The notes under the pieces were generated by a model that had not been told where the DNA came from, ran no database searches, and saw only the letters and a program-made list of their open reading frames with translations. DNA of 64,000 bases, from NCBI GenBank assembly GCA_015521615.1, contig WANW01000059.1, positions 802 to 64,801 on the forward strand, given 5' to 3'. Of the stretch, positions 9,451 through 21,811 are shown piece after piece (within the stretch, counting starts at the first letter, position 1; every line of letters begins with the position of its first letter). Both the position numbers and the translations under genes were made by a program. This DNA comes from Candidatus Hydrothermarchaeota archaeon. GTDB lineage: Archaea > Hydrothermarchaeota > Hydrothermarchaeia > Hydrothermarchaeales > BMS3B.

Positions 9451-10253
9451 TGGCAATGCATGAGATGCAGGTTGTAGAGATAAAGAAGATAATAAAGGAA
9501 ACGAAGAGGATAAAGACCTTCATCCTGGATCTGGATGTGAGTGCAATCCCGGGGCAGTTTGTAATGGTCTGGCTCCCGGGAGTGGATGAGAAGCCCATGA
9601 GCGTCTCATATACAAAGGGCGATCTGGGAATAACTGTTCTCCGCCTGGGTGATTTTACGAGGCGGCTATTTGAGCTCAGCCCGGGGGATGTGCTTGGCAT
9701 ACGTGGACCAATGGGCAGGGGCTTTAAGGTATATGGCGATAAACTCCTTCTCGTAGGTGGTGGGGTAGGTGTTGCACCACTTGCCCCGCTAGCCGAAGAG
9801 GCGCTCAGAGATGGGAAGGAGGTCACAGCGATAATCGGGGCGATAACAAAGAGTGAGCTTCTTTTCGTGGATCGCATTGAGCGTGCAGGCGGCAGGGTGC
9901 TTATCTCCACCGACGACGGCAGCGCTGGCAAAAAGGGCTTTACCACCGACGTGCTGCGGGAGCTTCTAGAGGAGGAAACCTTTGACCAGTGCTTTACCTG
10001 CGGCCCCGAGATAATGATGGCAAAGGTGCTGGATATTACCAGGGAGAAGAATATTCCCACTCAGGCCTCGCTCCACCGCTACTTTAAGTGTGGGATAGGC
10101 ATATGCGGACAGTGTGTGCTCGACGGAATAGGACTGCGCGTGTGCAAGGAAGGGCCCACCTTCAGAGATAAAGAACTCAGAAAATCGCCTGAGTTTGGGA
10201 GATACTGGCGCAACGCCGCAGGACAGAAGATATACTTTGGAGGTAAGAAGTAG
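9450..10253 (+). CDS. pyrK: Dihydroorotate dehydrogenase electron transfer subunit (FAD/NAD-binding with a 2Fe-2S cluster).
   Basis: Ferredoxin-reductase-like fold and a C-terminal CGIGICGQC cysteine cluster. Confidence 0.8.
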   Translation: MAMHEMQVVEIKKIIKETKRIKTFILDLDVSAIPGQFVMVWLPGVDEKPMSVSYTKGDLGITVLRLGDFTRRLFELSPGDVLGIRGPMGRGFKVYGDKLLLVGGGVGVAPLAPLAEEALRDGKEVTAIIGAITKSELLFVDRIERAGGRVLISTDDGSAGKKGFTTDVLRELLEEETFDQCFTCGPEIMMAKVLDITREKNIPTQASLHRYFKCGIGICGQCVLDGIGLRVCKEGPTFRDKELRKSPEFGRYWRNAAGQKIYFGGKK

Positions 10254-10264
10254 AGGTGAGAAGG

Positions 10265-12068
<1,804 letters not shown>

Positions 12069-12468
12069 TTTCTAAAATTGCAACTAATTTTTCCTCTTTT
12101 TGCAATCATCCAGCTCAAGCAATTTAACAAACAGCAGCAAGGATACCGATGATGGTGAATACTTTTCCTGCACTCGCGAAAGTTTTTTATTTAAGAGCGT
12201 AAATCACTATTTATCACCCGGGGGTTACCTAAAAAGGATACATGCTGTTGCGGAGGTTGACTATGATAGATGCATATATGACAATTTTATAAAAGAGATG
12301 AAATTAGAGTAAATATCCTAAAGAAGATTGTGAATGTTCCATTTTATATTGCTGAGAACAATCGTTATGGAAATAAAACTTATAGTAAGTTTTCAAACAA
12401 TGTCAATATTCAGTAATTACATCTCTTTCAAAAATTAGGCTAAAGATAATTACTGTCAAAATTTTATA

Positions 12469-12551
12469 CGCCGGGGAGGAGATTTGAACTCCTGAGCGCA
12501 GAGCGCACCAGATCTCAAGTCTGGCGCCTTTCCGGGCTAGGCTACCCCGGC
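12469..12551 (-). tRNA. tRNA-Ser (anticodon TGA), type II.
   Basis: Read on the minus strand: acceptor GCCGGGG/CCCCGGC plus discriminator G, anticodon stem CCAGA/TCTGG with loop CTTGAGA, 14-nt variable arm, T-arm AGGAG-TTCAAAT-CTCCT. Confidence 0.85.
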
Positions 12552-12592
12552 ATACTCAACGTAATTGTGGTGAATAACAAATGTAAAATAAA

Positions 12593-13588
12593 TTAGGTGG
12601 TCTTTCCCTTCCAGCCTCTCGGATAGGTTCCTGGAGACATGAGCACCCGTGTCGTCTTGACTGCTATTCCTGAGTTTTCTGTTAGTATGGTCTTTGTGTC
12701 AAGCTTTGCCTTGCCGAGTGCTATAAGCTCGCCCTTAAGGGTGAACATCGCCACAAGATCGCCCGGGTTTAGCTCGCTGTCCACCTTAACTATACCGGGT
12801 ATCGCAAGATCTGCGCCGTGGCAGAGCGCATCTACCGCAGAATCGCGCACCACCACCTTAGCGAGGTGCTTCACCGCAAACTCTACAGGCAAAATTGCTT
12901 TGCGCAGAAAGCTCTCATCGCCGTCTTCACGCCAGAAGTGGTAGGCGTCGCAGAGATCATGAAGCGTGACCAGCGTCTCCTCTGTAAAGCTACCGCTCTT
13001 GGTACGGCGAAGCTCCAGCATGTGCGCCCCAACGCCAAGCACCTCACCCATGTCATGGCACAGTTTGCGTATGTATGTGCCCGCCTCACAGCCCACACGG
13101 AAGAGAACATCCCTTGCATCGACCTCCAGAAGCTCCAGGTAGTAAATCTTGCGAGTGCGCAGCTGACGCTTCACTGCGCTCTTTACCGGCGGTCGCTGCA
13201 CTATTGTGCCGGTGAACTCGGTGAAGACCTCTTTAAGGCGGGACTCAGAAACATCACCATGGAGGCGCATCACGCACACGTACTCCTTGCCTGCTGGAAG
13301 AAGCACTTGGAGTATCCTAGTAGACTTCTCGAGACCAATGGGTAAAACCCCGGAAACCTTGGGGTCTAGGGTGCCCCCGTGGCCAGCCTTCTTCACATTG
13401 AGCATCTTCTTAACCCAAGCAACAACCTCATGCGAGGTGGGGCCACGGGGCTTATCCAGATTCACAAACCCGTAGGTTATGTGCTCCTCAATGGTTCTCT
13501 CAGAGGGGCGCTTCCCAAACTTATCGCTGGTCTTCGCCTTAGCGCGAGTTATCAGTTTCCTCTCAATCTCAGAAGGTAGCTTGTTCAT
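12593..13588 (-). CDS. cbf5: tRNA pseudouridine synthase Cbf5 (H/ACA RNP catalytic subunit, TruB plus PUA).
   Basis: TruB catalytic motif region ([13 protein letters not shown]) and a C-terminal PUA-like domain. Confidence 0.85.
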   Translation of the reverse strand: MNKLPSEIERKLITRAKAKTSDKFGKRPSERTIEEHITYGFVNLDKPRGPTSHEVVAWVKKMLNVKKAGHGGTLDPKVSGVLPIGLEKSTRILQVLLPAGKEYVCVMRLHGDVSESRLKEVFTEFTGTIVQRPPVKSAVKRQLRTRKIYYLELLEVDARDVLFRVGCEAGTYIRKLCHDMGEVLGVGAHMLELRRTKSGSFTEETLVTLHDLCDAYHFWREDGDESFLRKAILPVEFAVKHLAKVVVRDSAVDALCHGADLAIPGIVKVDSELNPGDLVAMFTLKGELIALGKAKLDTKTILTENSGIAVKTTRVLMSPGTYPRGWKGKTT

Positions 13589-13827
13589 GCCTCAATTCCT
13601 GCTTCCTTCAGCGCCTTCTCAATCTCCTCCTTGGAGGCGCCCTTCTTTATATTCAGCACAACATCAAGGGGCTCAAGGTGCTTAACGTTGCACCTTCGAC
13701 GCTTTATCCAGGGCGAGTCCACAAGCACAAAGTTCTTGTCTATCTGCTCGACCACAACAGCCTTCTTACCAGCTTCCCTGCCTGCAAGCTTCACACAAAC
13801 TCTTCCAACTTCAAACATGCCAATCAC
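13585..13827 (-). CDS. rpl14e: 50S ribosomal protein L14e.
   Basis: Typical L14e sequence and size (80 aa). Confidence 0.8.
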   Translation of the reverse strand: MIGMFEVGRVCVKLAGREAGKKAVVVEQIDKNFVLVDSPWIKRRRCNVKHLEPLDVVLNIKKGASKEEIEKALKEAGIEA

Positions 13828-13854
13828 CTCACTTCTTTCCAGAGCCGTCCCTCT

Positions 13855-14427
13855 TCAGTCGCCTTCCGAGCTCATCCCTGCTCTGGAGCTGGTTTTACCC
13901 TTATAATAGGGTGACAATGATATACACAGAGAGATTATCTCAATAACGTCTTCAGCTTCGTAAAGGCTGGTGTTCAGCACAATATCATATGGGGATAAAT
14001 CATGTAGATCAATCCCGTAAATTTCACGGTAACGCTTTGCCTCACTCTTCTCCCGCAGCTTTGTTTCCTTAAGCGCCTGCTCATAGCTTATGCCCTCACG
14101 CTTGGCAACACGCTCCGCCCTGACCTCAAGCGGTGCCTTAAGCCATATCTTGATCTCAGCCTCGGGGAGTAGCCAGGCGGTGAGTCTGCCATCCACGACG
14201 GCATTTCCACGCTTTGCAAGTTCCACCTGGCGTTCATCAACAAGGCGGTCCACCTCGTGGTGCTCCTCCGCATACTTTGAGAACTCCGCCAGTGTCATAC
14301 CTCGCTCCTTTGCAAGTGCCCTGAATACCTCGCCCGCACTGATGTGGCACAACTTGAAGCGTGAAGCTATTGCTCTAGCTACTGTTGTTTTTCCAGAGCC
14401 TATTGGGCCGCTAACGGTTACTATCAT
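13855..14427 (-). CDS. cmk: Cytidylate kinase (archaeal type).
   Basis: P-loop GPIGSGKTT; archaeal Cmk size and context. Confidence 0.8.
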   Translation of the reverse strand: MIVTVSGPIGSGKTTVARAIASRFKLCHISAGEVFRALAKERGMTLAEFSKYAEEHHEVDRLVDERQVELAKRGNAVVDGRLTAWLLPEAEIKIWLKAPLEVRAERVAKREGISYEQALKETKLREKSEAKRYREIYGIDLHDLSPYDIVLNTSLYEAEDVIEIISLCISLSPYYKGKTSSRAGMSSEGD

Positions 14428-14690
14428 TCTCCTCTCACAAGCCTCTTAATCTCAGCACGCATGCATGCTGAGCATAGATAGCCGCCATAGGGGCGCGAAA
14501 CCCTGCGCTGGGAGCGTGGAAGCTTGCGAATTTCAGAGCTCCTCCCCCGGGCAACACCATGCAGCTCACGCTTGCATATAGCACACTTCGCATAGCCCGG
14601 ACGCTTCTTCCTGAAGTGAATTACCAGCCTTCCTCCAGGTGTTCGCTTTGCAACCCTTTTTACTGAGCGTGATCTTTTGTTTGGCTTCAT
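14424..14690 (-). CDS. rpl34e: 50S ribosomal protein L34e.
   Basis: C4 zinc-ribbon L34e pattern; 88 aa. Confidence 0.8.
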   Translation of the reverse strand: MKPNKRSRSVKRVAKRTPGGRLVIHFRKKRPGYAKCAICKRELHGVARGRSSEIRKLPRSQRRVSRPYGGYLCSACMRAEIKRLVRGE

Positions 14691-14750
14691 GGCACATCAC
14701 CTATTTTTGAGTTTTTGTGTGTTTGTGATTATATGATATAAATATTGCTG

Positions 14751-15263
14751 CTATGGTCCTTCAATATTCAGAATCTTCTTAAGCAGCGGTGATACCGCAA
14801 AGGAGCTGAGGATATACCAGCCGAACCAACCCAGGGTATTACCATACTTGGGTAGCTCAAAGGGTAGCGTAACGACTGTTACATCTGGTGGAACAGTATA
14901 CCTGAGCCAGGAGAAGACGAGGAAGATGGGTATCATGGTATACAGCATTGGCTTGAAGGCATTCCCCATCATTTCCCTCTGCACCGCCATCATCTCCTTG
15001 TTAATCTTTGCCATCTCCTTGGTATTCCCCGCCTTCTGCGCTTTCTTCAGCTTTTCCTGCAGCACCTTCATCTTTTCTTTTACTTTCCGCATCTTGCGCT
15101 GGTCCACAACACGCGCTGTAACTACGGTGATGAACAGGGATATCAATGTGGAGATTATGAAAATACCCAGCATATAGCCGGTGCTCTCGCTGGATGTGAG
15201 ATGAAAGAGTAACCCTAGCGTTGAGTCCATAACCGCATACACTGGCTCAAGAAGCGCTGGCAT
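14751..15263 (-). CDS. DUF106 membrane protein (archaeal Oxa1/YidC/EMC3-like insertase).
   Basis: Three TM helices plus a coiled-coil loop. Conserved location between adk and L34e in archaeal ribosomal clusters. Confidence 0.6.
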   Translation of the reverse strand: MPALLEPVYAVMDSTLGLLFHLTSSESTGYMLGIFIISTLISLFITVVTARVVDQRKMRKVKEKMKVLQEKLKKAQKAGNTKEMAKINKEMMAVQREMMGNAFKPMLYTMIPIFLVFSWLRYTVPPDVTVVTLPFELPKYGNTLGWFGWYILSSFAVSPLLKKILNIEGP

Positions 15264-15264
15264 C

Positions 15265-15825
15265 TTACATCGCCTTCACAAGCTGATCAACCGCCTCTTC
15301 AAGGCGATTGTCGTGATTCTCCACAATGATTACAGTAGCGCCCGTAAACATGGCATATGCCATGGCCGCTGCGCGGTTCATCTCCTGATGAAGTGCTATC
15401 TCCTCCACACTATCTTCGTCCCTCACCCGCGTGGCATCGCTGGTTCGGCGCCTCTGAATCTCCTCGGGCTCTGCTTCAACAAGCACTATCTGCGTGGGCT
15501 TGAGTTCCTCCAGCACCCAGCGTGGCAAACCCGGCAGGAAACCCGCAGGAGTTTTAACAGTGCAGTGAGTGTCCACAATAACATTGGCAACTTCTGCTCG
15601 CTTTGCTATGGCCATCGCTGCAAGCTTCTGTATGCGCTTCTGCACCTCCGGCGGAAGCTTTCGCATTTCATCACGGTTCTCGACAAGCTTCTCCTCGCTT
15701 GCAACTTCGAACATCTTGTCCCCAAAATTTATTATCTCAAACTCCTCTTCCAGCTTCTCCAGCGCTGAGTTCAGCACTGTTGTTTTTCCTACACCGGGTA
15801 TGCCTGTAACAACAACACACTTCAT
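15265..15825 (-). CDS. adkA: Adenylate kinase (archaeal AdkA type).
   Basis: P-loop GIPGVGKTT; archaeal adk immediately downstream of secY. Confidence 0.8.
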   Translation of the reverse strand: MKCVVVTGIPGVGKTTVLNSALEKLEEEFEIINFGDKMFEVASEEKLVENRDEMRKLPPEVQKRIQKLAAMAIAKRAEVANVIVDTHCTVKTPAGFLPGLPRWVLEELKPTQIVLVEAEPEEIQRRRTSDATRVRDEDSVEEIALHQEMNRAAAMAYAMFTGATVIIVENHDNRLEEAVDQLVKAM

Positions 15826-15836
15826 TACTCAACCTC

Positions 15837-17216
15837 CTAGAACAGGTCGCCAACCACTTTACGAAGCATTGGGTGGATCTCCATTATCTGCTGCTTGGCG
15901 ATTTCCTCATACAGGCGATACAGAATGCCAACTGTGAGAAGAACACCTGTGCCTCCGCCCAGTGCCCCGGTAAGGTCACCAAATGCTGCGAGCGCACCCA
16001 CGGCAGCGCCTCCGAGCACGGTTACAGCCGGGATATAGCGCTGAAGCACGCGCTCAATTATGCGTATATCCCCACGGAAGCCAGGGATCTTCATTCCTCC
16101 CTGCTGAAGCTGCCTGGCTACCGTCTTGGCATCCATGCCTGCAGTCTCAACCCAGAATATAGAGAAGAGTATTGAGAGGGAGATGAGCAGTATGGCAAAT
16201 ATAACAGCATGCACCGGGTCAAAGTCTGCCCTGTAAATTGGTGTGGGAAATGTGAAGTACTTTACTATACCCGTTGCAGCCCCCGTGGCCTGGTCTATAG
16301 TACCAAGGATAGGATAACCGATGTTCTGCAGCACCGTCGCCCATAGCTGGACGTTTGCCATCAATATGCTGGCGAAGATTACAGGAATATTACTGGCATA
16401 TATGAACTTTATGGGGTACCTGCCACGAGCGCCACGGAACCTGCCGTAGGTTAGGGGAATCTCAACGCGCATGCTCTCAAAGTAGACCACCACGGCAAAC
16501 ACAACAAAGGTGCCCAGCAGTGGGATGAGGGAGTAGAAGTCTGGATAGCCTTTAAAGAGGGTGTAAAAGAACTTTGGGATTATACCAGCAGGTGCCCCGC
16601 CTGTAAAAAAGGGATTAAAGCTCCGCCAGGCTATCTGCTCACACACACCCGCGACGATAAACAGCCCTATTCCAGAGCCAAAACCCCAGCGCGAGACAAC
16701 CTCATCCATGTATATTAGCAGCGCACCTGCAACAAAAAGCTGGGCGATTATAAGAAACTGATAGAACGGGTCGTTACCCTGCGCTGGGAGCGCACCCATA
16801 AGCACCATTACTGTAGCCTCAAAGAGTGTGAAGAAGAGGGACAGAAGCTTCTGTGTACCCATGTAAATTGCCTTATCTCTGGGCTGACTCAGGTCCAGGT
16901 CAATCAGCTTTCCACCCACAAGAATCTGAAGAATTATAGAACCGGTTACTATGGGGCCAATACCGAGAGTCATCAACGTACCAAACTTGCTCGCCATTAT
17001 GGTTTGAAGATTTGCAAAATAATTCACCGCCCGATCGTGATCCAGACCATAAAGCATGGTATTTGCTAGCAGGAGGTACACTATAAGTACAAGAACCACC
17101 CATTTGAGGCGGTCCTTAAAGCTGAGTATTACCCGAGGACGTTCCACCTCAGGCAGACTCGTAAGAATGCCTTCAAATTGGTGCAGAATGCCCATTACGG
17201 CTTCACTCTCCGTCAC
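15837..17216 (-). CDS. secY: Preprotein translocase subunit SecY.
   Basis: Ten TM helix pattern; conserved position after L15. Confidence 0.85.
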   Translation of the reverse strand: MTESEAVMGILHQFEGILTSLPEVERPRVILSFKDRLKWVVLVLIVYLLLANTMLYGLDHDRAVNYFANLQTIMASKFGTLMTLGIGPIVTGSIILQILVGGKLIDLDLSQPRDKAIYMGTQKLLSLFFTLFEATVMVLMGALPAQGNDPFYQFLIIAQLFVAGALLIYMDEVVSRWGFGSGIGLFIVAGVCEQIAWRSFNPFFTGGAPAGIIPKFFYTLFKGYPDFYSLIPLLGTFVVFAVVVYFESMRVEIPLTYGRFRGARGRYPIKFIYASNIPVIFASILMANVQLWATVLQNIGYPILGTIDQATGAATGIVKYFTFPTPIYRADFDPVHAVIFAILLISLSILFSIFWVETAGMDAKTVARQLQQGGMKIPGFRGDIRIIERVLQRYIPAVTVLGGAAVGALAAFGDLTGALGGGTGVLLTVGILYRLYEEIAKQQIMEIHPMLRKVVGDLF

Positions 17217-17677
17217 GCCGGGGGAGTATCCTCCCGGGTAACCAGCTCTATTGCCTCGCCACCTGCCTCAGTTATCTTCTCTACAGCACGCGAAGAAAAC
17301 CTTCTCGCTCTGACGACAAGCGCATGGGTAACTTTGCCTGTGCCTAACACCTTCTCCACACCTAGCTTTGTAACATCGATCTCTATCTTACCGTCCACCT
17401 CTTTCGCTATGCCCCTAGCTACAAGCTCCTCGGCAATCTCGTCCAGCTCGCCCACATTTATTGTCTCGTAGATATCCTTAACTTCCTCAGGCACGTCAAA
17501 GCCCCTGCGCCCGAAGTAGTCCGGGGCATACTTGATGACCCATGTCCACTTGCCCTTATGCGTGCCCGCCATTCCTGTACCACCGCGGTTGCCCGAGCCT
17601 CTAGCTTTTTTGTGCGAGCCTCTTCCCACGGTGCGTGAGCCCCGCTTCTTGCGTATCTTCCTGTTTTTCAGCGCCAT
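17213..17677 (-). CDS. rpl15: 50S ribosomal protein L15 (uL15).
   Basis: Sequence and position. Confidence 0.85.
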   Translation of the reverse strand: MALKNRKIRKKRGSRTVGRGSHKKARGSGNRGGTGMAGTHKGKWTWVIKYAPDYFGRRGFDVPEEVKDIYETINVGELDEIAEELVARGIAKEVDGKIEIDVTKLGVEKVLGTGKVTHALVVRARRFSSRAVEKITEAGGEAIELVTREDTPPA

Positions 17678-18144
17678 TAGCGCATCCTCCTCAGGAGTTC
17701 CCTCATTGCCTCGCCTCTATAGCCAAGAGCTCCGCCCTCAACAAAGCTGCGCTTTATCCCGCGGTAACCCTTTCGCGGAGGGTGAAGGCGGAACACCGGC
17801 TTCAGCTGAGGTATGTCACTCAGCTCAGCCTTGAACTCGACAAAGGCCTTGGCAAAGTCATCTATACTCTTAAATTTGGTGTGCTCCTTCACGTAAGCAT
17901 CGGTGAGCCTCTTACCACCCACAAGCTCGCCCCTGTTGCGGAGTATGAGTGCCACTTCCTCAGGGGTGACCTCACCCCAGGTTATGTAATCCTTTGCCTT
18001 CTGGAGCATGCCCTTAAACGTGGGACGATCGTCTATGAATACACAGTGATTTACGCGAGTAAGTCTTAGCATTCTGAGAGTATCCTCAACCTCCCGGGGC
18101 ACACCGACCTTGCCCCGAACCCTGACCACAGCCAGGCGCTGCAT
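17677..18144 (-). CDS. rpl30: 50S ribosomal protein L30 (uL30).
   Basis: Sequence and position. Confidence 0.85.
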   Translation of the reverse strand: MQRLAVVRVRGKVGVPREVEDTLRMLRLTRVNHCVFIDDRPTFKGMLQKAKDYITWGEVTPEEVALILRNRGELVGGKRLTDAYVKEHTKFKSIDDFAKAFVEFKAELSDIPQLKPVFRLHPPRKGYRGIKRSFVEGGALGYRGEAMRELLRRMR

Positions 18145-18798
18145 TTACTCCACCACCTCACCTTCAACCAGGCTCACTGCTCTGGCTTCGCTCTCTGTAA
18201 GCTTCATGCGCGTGGTATTGCGGAGTGCCTCATAGGTTGCCTTGGCGGTATTTATCGTCGTGCGAGTCTGCCCGAAGGTCTTGCTCCACACATCTGTAAT
18301 ACCTGCCAGGGTGAGGATTTTCTTGCTCACCGCGTTGGTCACCAGGCCGACGCCACGGGGCGCTGGTAAGAGGGTAACACGCACACTGCCCGCTCTACCG
18401 GTAACCGCAAAGGGCACGCTATGCGAAGTTCCACAGCCGCACTCCCAGCTTCCACATCCTCTCGCTACCTGGATTAGATTTAGCTTGGCATCGCGAATAG
18501 CCTTGCGTATCGCAGGTCCAACCTCCTTGGCAACGCCCTTACCAAGACCAACGTAGCCATTCTTGTTGCCCACAGCCACAGTTGCGCGGAAGCGGACTCT
18601 TCTTCCAGACTTGTGCATTCGCTGCACTATGTTTATGTCAAGAACCTCTTCGGTGATGTCAGGTAGAAGAACATCTACAATCTCGGGCTCCATTATCGGC
18701 AGACCCAGCTTGAATATCTCACCTATCTTGGTGATCTCTCCATTCTTAACCATTGCGCCTATGCGCGTTTTTGGTTCCCACTCAATCTCTTCTGGCAT
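18145..18798 (-). CDS. rps5: 30S ribosomal protein S5 (uS5).
   Basis: Sequence and position. Confidence 0.85.
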   Translation of the reverse strand: MPEEIEWEPKTRIGAMVKNGEITKIGEIFKLGLPIMEPEIVDVLLPDITEEVLDINIVQRMHKSGRRVRFRATVAVGNKNGYVGLGKGVAKEVGPAIRKAIRDAKLNLIQVARGCGSWECGCGTSHSVPFAVTGRAGSVRVTLLPAPRGVGLVTNAVSKKILTLAGITDVWSKTFGQTRTTINTAKATYEALRNTTRMKLTESEARAVSLVEGEVVE

Positions 18799-18801
18799 GC
18801 T

Positions 18802-19374
18802 TCACGCACCTCTTATCTTTGCAAGAACCTCATCGAAGTGCTCGGGCAGCGCTTCAGGGTCAAGACCGCGCTTGAGATAATCACTAAAGCGTGTCTTCTT
18901 CTCCTCGCCAAGCAGTTTTGCATAGCTTGCGATGTGCTCCCCGCGTATGCGCTCCATGCTGGGAAATACCTCCTCATTGGCGGGTATCTCCACGCCTGCG
19001 TCGATTATACCCTTAAGCGCTGCAAAGGCTTTGCCACCTGCAATTGGGCGGAGAAGCCCCAGATCAAGCACCGCCTCGGTGATACCTTTATCAAGGGCGC
19101 GCTTTCCCAGGAGATAGCCTACAAGGTAAGCTGCACATAGGTTAGAGGTGCCACCCTTCCAGCCAAACTTCACCAGCTCTTTGGAGTGAGCTGACACACG
19201 TGTTATATCGCCTTCTGGTGAGTACTCAACCATCTGCGCTATCACATGCTTATTTGTAAACCTGAGCACAGCACGGGGCTTGCCTGAAAGCAGAAGCTTT
19301 AACCTGCGCCTATAGTCAGTTTTGCCTTCCCTTCTTCTCCTGAAGGGCACTCGATATCTCGCACCAGTTGCCAT
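18802..19374 (-). CDS. rpl18: 50S ribosomal protein L18 (uL18).
   Basis: Sequence and position. Confidence 0.85.
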   Translation of the reverse strand: MATGARYRVPFRRRREGKTDYRRRLKLLLSGKPRAVLRFTNKHVIAQMVEYSPEGDITRVSAHSKELVKFGWKGGTSNLCAAYLVGYLLGKRALDKGITEAVLDLGLLRPIAGGKAFAALKGIIDAGVEIPANEEVFPSMERIRGEHIASYAKLLGEEKKTRFSDYLKRGLDPEALPEHFDEVLAKIRGA

Positions 19375-19381
19375 GAAACAA

Positions 19382-19831
19382 TCACCTCTCAGTAAGATTA
19401 TGCTCCGCTATGTAGCTTCGAAGGTGTGCTCTGCTTCTAAACGCTCCGCCTTTTGCCATGCGGTAGAGCTTGCGGTAGTTGCTCCTGCTGAGCTCGCCAC
19501 TGTCGCGCAGCTCACGCAGCATTTTGCGCAGGGCACGAATCGTCGACATCCACCGCTCCTTCTTTGCATAACGTGCATACTTTGCACCCTTTCTGCTCCC
19601 ATGTCCGCGCCTGCGACCCTTCTTCTTCTGCAGCGCCAGCTTCTTTCTGCGGTAGCCGCTTATTCCGCGTTTCTGTTTTGCACGTATTACTCCTTCTTTG
19701 ATGAGTCTCCTAACATCGTCGCGGGTAACCGCTTCGCCAACCTCATCGGTGGCCTCAGGGTCTATCCATATCCTGTTTTCTCCTGCCTTAAGCAGTGCTG
19801 CAGCCAACCTTCGCTGTGTGCGTAGCGTCAT
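19382..19831 (-). CDS. rpl19e: 50S ribosomal protein L19e. Start placed at the internal Met [11 protein letters not shown].
   Basis: Conserved L19e N-terminus (RLAA..L..G.NR.W.DP). The longer ORF-track start would overlap L32e. Confidence 0.8.
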   Translation of the reverse strand: MTLRTQRRLAAALLKAGENRIWIDPEATDEVGEAVTRDDVRRLIKEGVIRAKQKRGISGYRRKKLALQKKKGRRRGHGSRKGAKYARYAKKERWMSTIRALRKMLRELRDSGELSRSNYRKLYRMAKGGAFRSRAHLRSYIAEHNLTER

Positions 19832-19835
19832 GATC

Positions 19836-20198
19836 TTAAGCCTCCGCAGGTGGATTAAGGACCTTGATATCCAGCTCCTTCGCCCTTTCAACAATCTGGA
19901 GACGCTTCTTTTTCCCAACTCCAGCGGCGATACGCACCGCTTCTACGCTTGGATCTACATTCTCAAGCTCTTTCACATTGTGCACCAGGACCTCACGATA
20001 GCCAGAAGGGTGGAGTCCACGGAGAGATGCATCATTACCATAACCTATACTTGGCGAAAGGAACTTACCCTTCTTGTGCAACCTCGTCTTGTTGTGTCTT
20101 CCACGGGGCCTTCGCCAGGAGCTTCTCCTGAGCTTTTTGTGGCGATGATAATCCACTCGCTTAAAATCTGGCTTTTTCTTTGTCCTCATCAGCACCAC
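19836..20198 (-). CDS. rpl32e: 50S ribosomal protein L32e.
   Basis: Sequence and position. Confidence 0.85.
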   Translation of the reverse strand: MVLMRTKKKPDFKRVDYHRHKKLRRSSWRRPRGRHNKTRLHKKGKFLSPSIGYGNDASLRGLHPSGYREVLVHNVKELENVDPSVEAVRIAAGVGKKKRLQIVERAKELDIKVLNPPAEA

Positions 20199-20765
20199 CT
20201 ACACGGGTACGCCATCTCGCTCAACGAGATAAATCCCATCCTGAAACACTCTAGGATCACGATTCCTCACGCGGGTTAGCTGTTCTATTCTTGCGACCGT
20301 CTGTCCCACTTCCTCTTTATTGATTCCCTCGACGGTTATCTCCTGACCTGAAACCTTAACAACACAGTTGCCGAATATCTCCGTCTTCCTGGGGACCTTC
20401 TCTCCCAAGAAGTTCTCAACTATCACCTCTCTACCCTGAACCTTAACGGTTATGGGGAAATGAGAATAGACCACCTTCATCTTGTATGTAAAGCCCTGAG
20501 TAACACCCTTAATCATGTTGCGGATGTGGGCGGCATATGTGCCAATCATGGCACGCTGCCTCTTCTTCGGGAAACTCGCCTCTATGATTACCCTGTTGTC
20601 GACCTTGTAGAGCCTTATCCCCGGATATGTGAGACGCTTCTGAAGCTCACCCTTCGGGCCACGCACCACTACTGTATCTCCCTGCAGCTCTACATTCACG
20701 CCTTCAGGAATTTCCACTTCTTCTCTGAGCAGCGGTATTGCCATGAGCATCACCTCAGTAAACAT
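20199..20765 (-). CDS. rpl6: 50S ribosomal protein L6 (uL6).
   Basis: Sequence and position. Confidence 0.85.
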   Translation of the reverse strand: MFTEVMLMAIPLLREEVEIPEGVNVELQGDTVVVRGPKGELQKRLTYPGIRLYKVDNRVIIEASFPKKRQRAMIGTYAAHIRNMIKGVTQGFTYKMKVVYSHFPITVKVQGREVIVENFLGEKVPRKTEIFGNCVVKVSGQEITVEGINKEEVGQTVARIEQLTRVRNRDPRVFQDGIYLVERDGVPV

Positions 20766-21153
20766 AGGCGAGAAGTCTGCCGCCTATTCCACGCTCCTTG
20801 GCTTCGTAATGACTCATCACTCCCTGAGAGGTGGAGATTATGATGACACCAAAGCCGCTCGCGGGCAAAAAGCGCTTCTCATACTTCTCAATATTATCCT
20901 TGCCAACAGCATAGCGCGGACGAATAACACCACAGTCGTTTATCTTACCGGTAAGTTTCACCTTAAACAGCCCTGCTCTGCCATCATCGACGAACTCATA
21001 CTCCTTAACATAGCCATGCTCCTGCATAACCCTGAGCACCTGCGCTATTATCTTGGACGCCGGCTTAATTACGCACTCAAGCTTGCCATTGTACTCACTG
21101 TTCTTTATTGTTGATAGGGCATCTGCCAGTGTATCAAAGCGCATCGTCACCAC
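20755..21153 (-). CDS. rps8: 30S ribosomal protein S8 (uS8).
   Basis: Sequence and position. Confidence 0.85.
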   Translation of the reverse strand: MVTMRFDTLADALSTIKNSEYNGKLECVIKPASKIIAQVLRVMQEHGYVKEYEFVDDGRAGLFKVKLTGKINDCGVIRPRYAVGKDNIEKYEKRFLPASGFGVIIISTSQGVMSHYEAKERGIGGRLLAYVY

Positions 21154-21155
21154 TC

Positions 21156-21299
21156 CTATTCGTACTTTTTAAATCCTATCTCCGGGGCAACCTCGCGGAA
21201 GCAGTGTCTGCATATGTAAAGCCCGTACCTTCTTATCACGGGCCCATGAGAACCACACCTTCTGCACTTCCTCGCTCCTTTTCCTATCTTCTTCGCCAC
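21156..21299 (-). CDS. rps14: 30S ribosomal protein S14 type Z (uS14), 47 aa, GTG start. Not in the ORF track.
   Basis: Manual translation of the minus strand gives [47 protein letters not shown], with the C-x2-C...C-x2-C zinc motif. It sits exactly between L5 and S8. Confidence 0.85.
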   Translation of the reverse strand: MAKKIGKGARKCRRCGSHGPVIRRYGLYICRHCFREVAPEIGFKKYE

Positions 21300-21301
21300 G
21301 G

Positions 21302-21811
21302 CTACGCCTCCACCTCAACGTTGAAGGTTTCCTTAATAAAGTTGATCGCCTCTTCCCTAGTAACGAGGTGTTTTTTGCCAACCTTGCTCTTCTTTAGCTT
21401 GCGGTGCTTCACCCTGTAGCCCGGACGCTCTATGGCAACACACACGTCCATACCGTAGATACCCACCATGGGGTCATACTTTACGCCGGGCAGGTCTATG
21501 TGCTCCCGTATGCCGAAGGCGAAGTTGCCCTGCTCGTCAAAGCTGCTCGCCTTAATACGGTTATCCACAGCAGCAAAGGCATCACGCAGGAACTTCATCG
21601 CTTTTTCACCGCGAAGAGTTACCTTGCATCCTATGGCCAGGCCTTTCCTTATACCGAAGGGCTGAATGGTACGCTTTGCTATGGTCTGCACTGGCTTTTG
21701 TCCGGTAAGCTCCTCCAGGAGCTTCTCACCTTTAGCCAGACGTTCTCCTGCTTCGCCAATGCCCATATTCACAGTAACCTTGGCTATGCGAAGCCTGCGC
21801 ATGGGGTTCAA
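21302..21811 (-). CDS. rpl5: 50S ribosomal protein L5 (uL5).
   Basis: Sequence and position. Confidence 0.85.
   Translation of the reverse strand: MNPMRRLRIAKVTVNMGIGEAGERLAKGEKLLEELTGQKPVQTIAKRTIQPFGIRKGLAIGCKVTLRGEKAMKFLRDAFAAVDNRIKASSFDEQGNFAFGIREHIDLPGVKYDPMVGIYGMDVCVAIERPGYRVKHRKLKKSKVGKKHLVTREEAINFIKETFNVEVEA

Noticed and set aside
12100-12312. 70-aa ORF in the AT-rich gap.
   Set aside because: Ser-rich low-complexity N-terminus, no RBS or domain. More likely non-coding.
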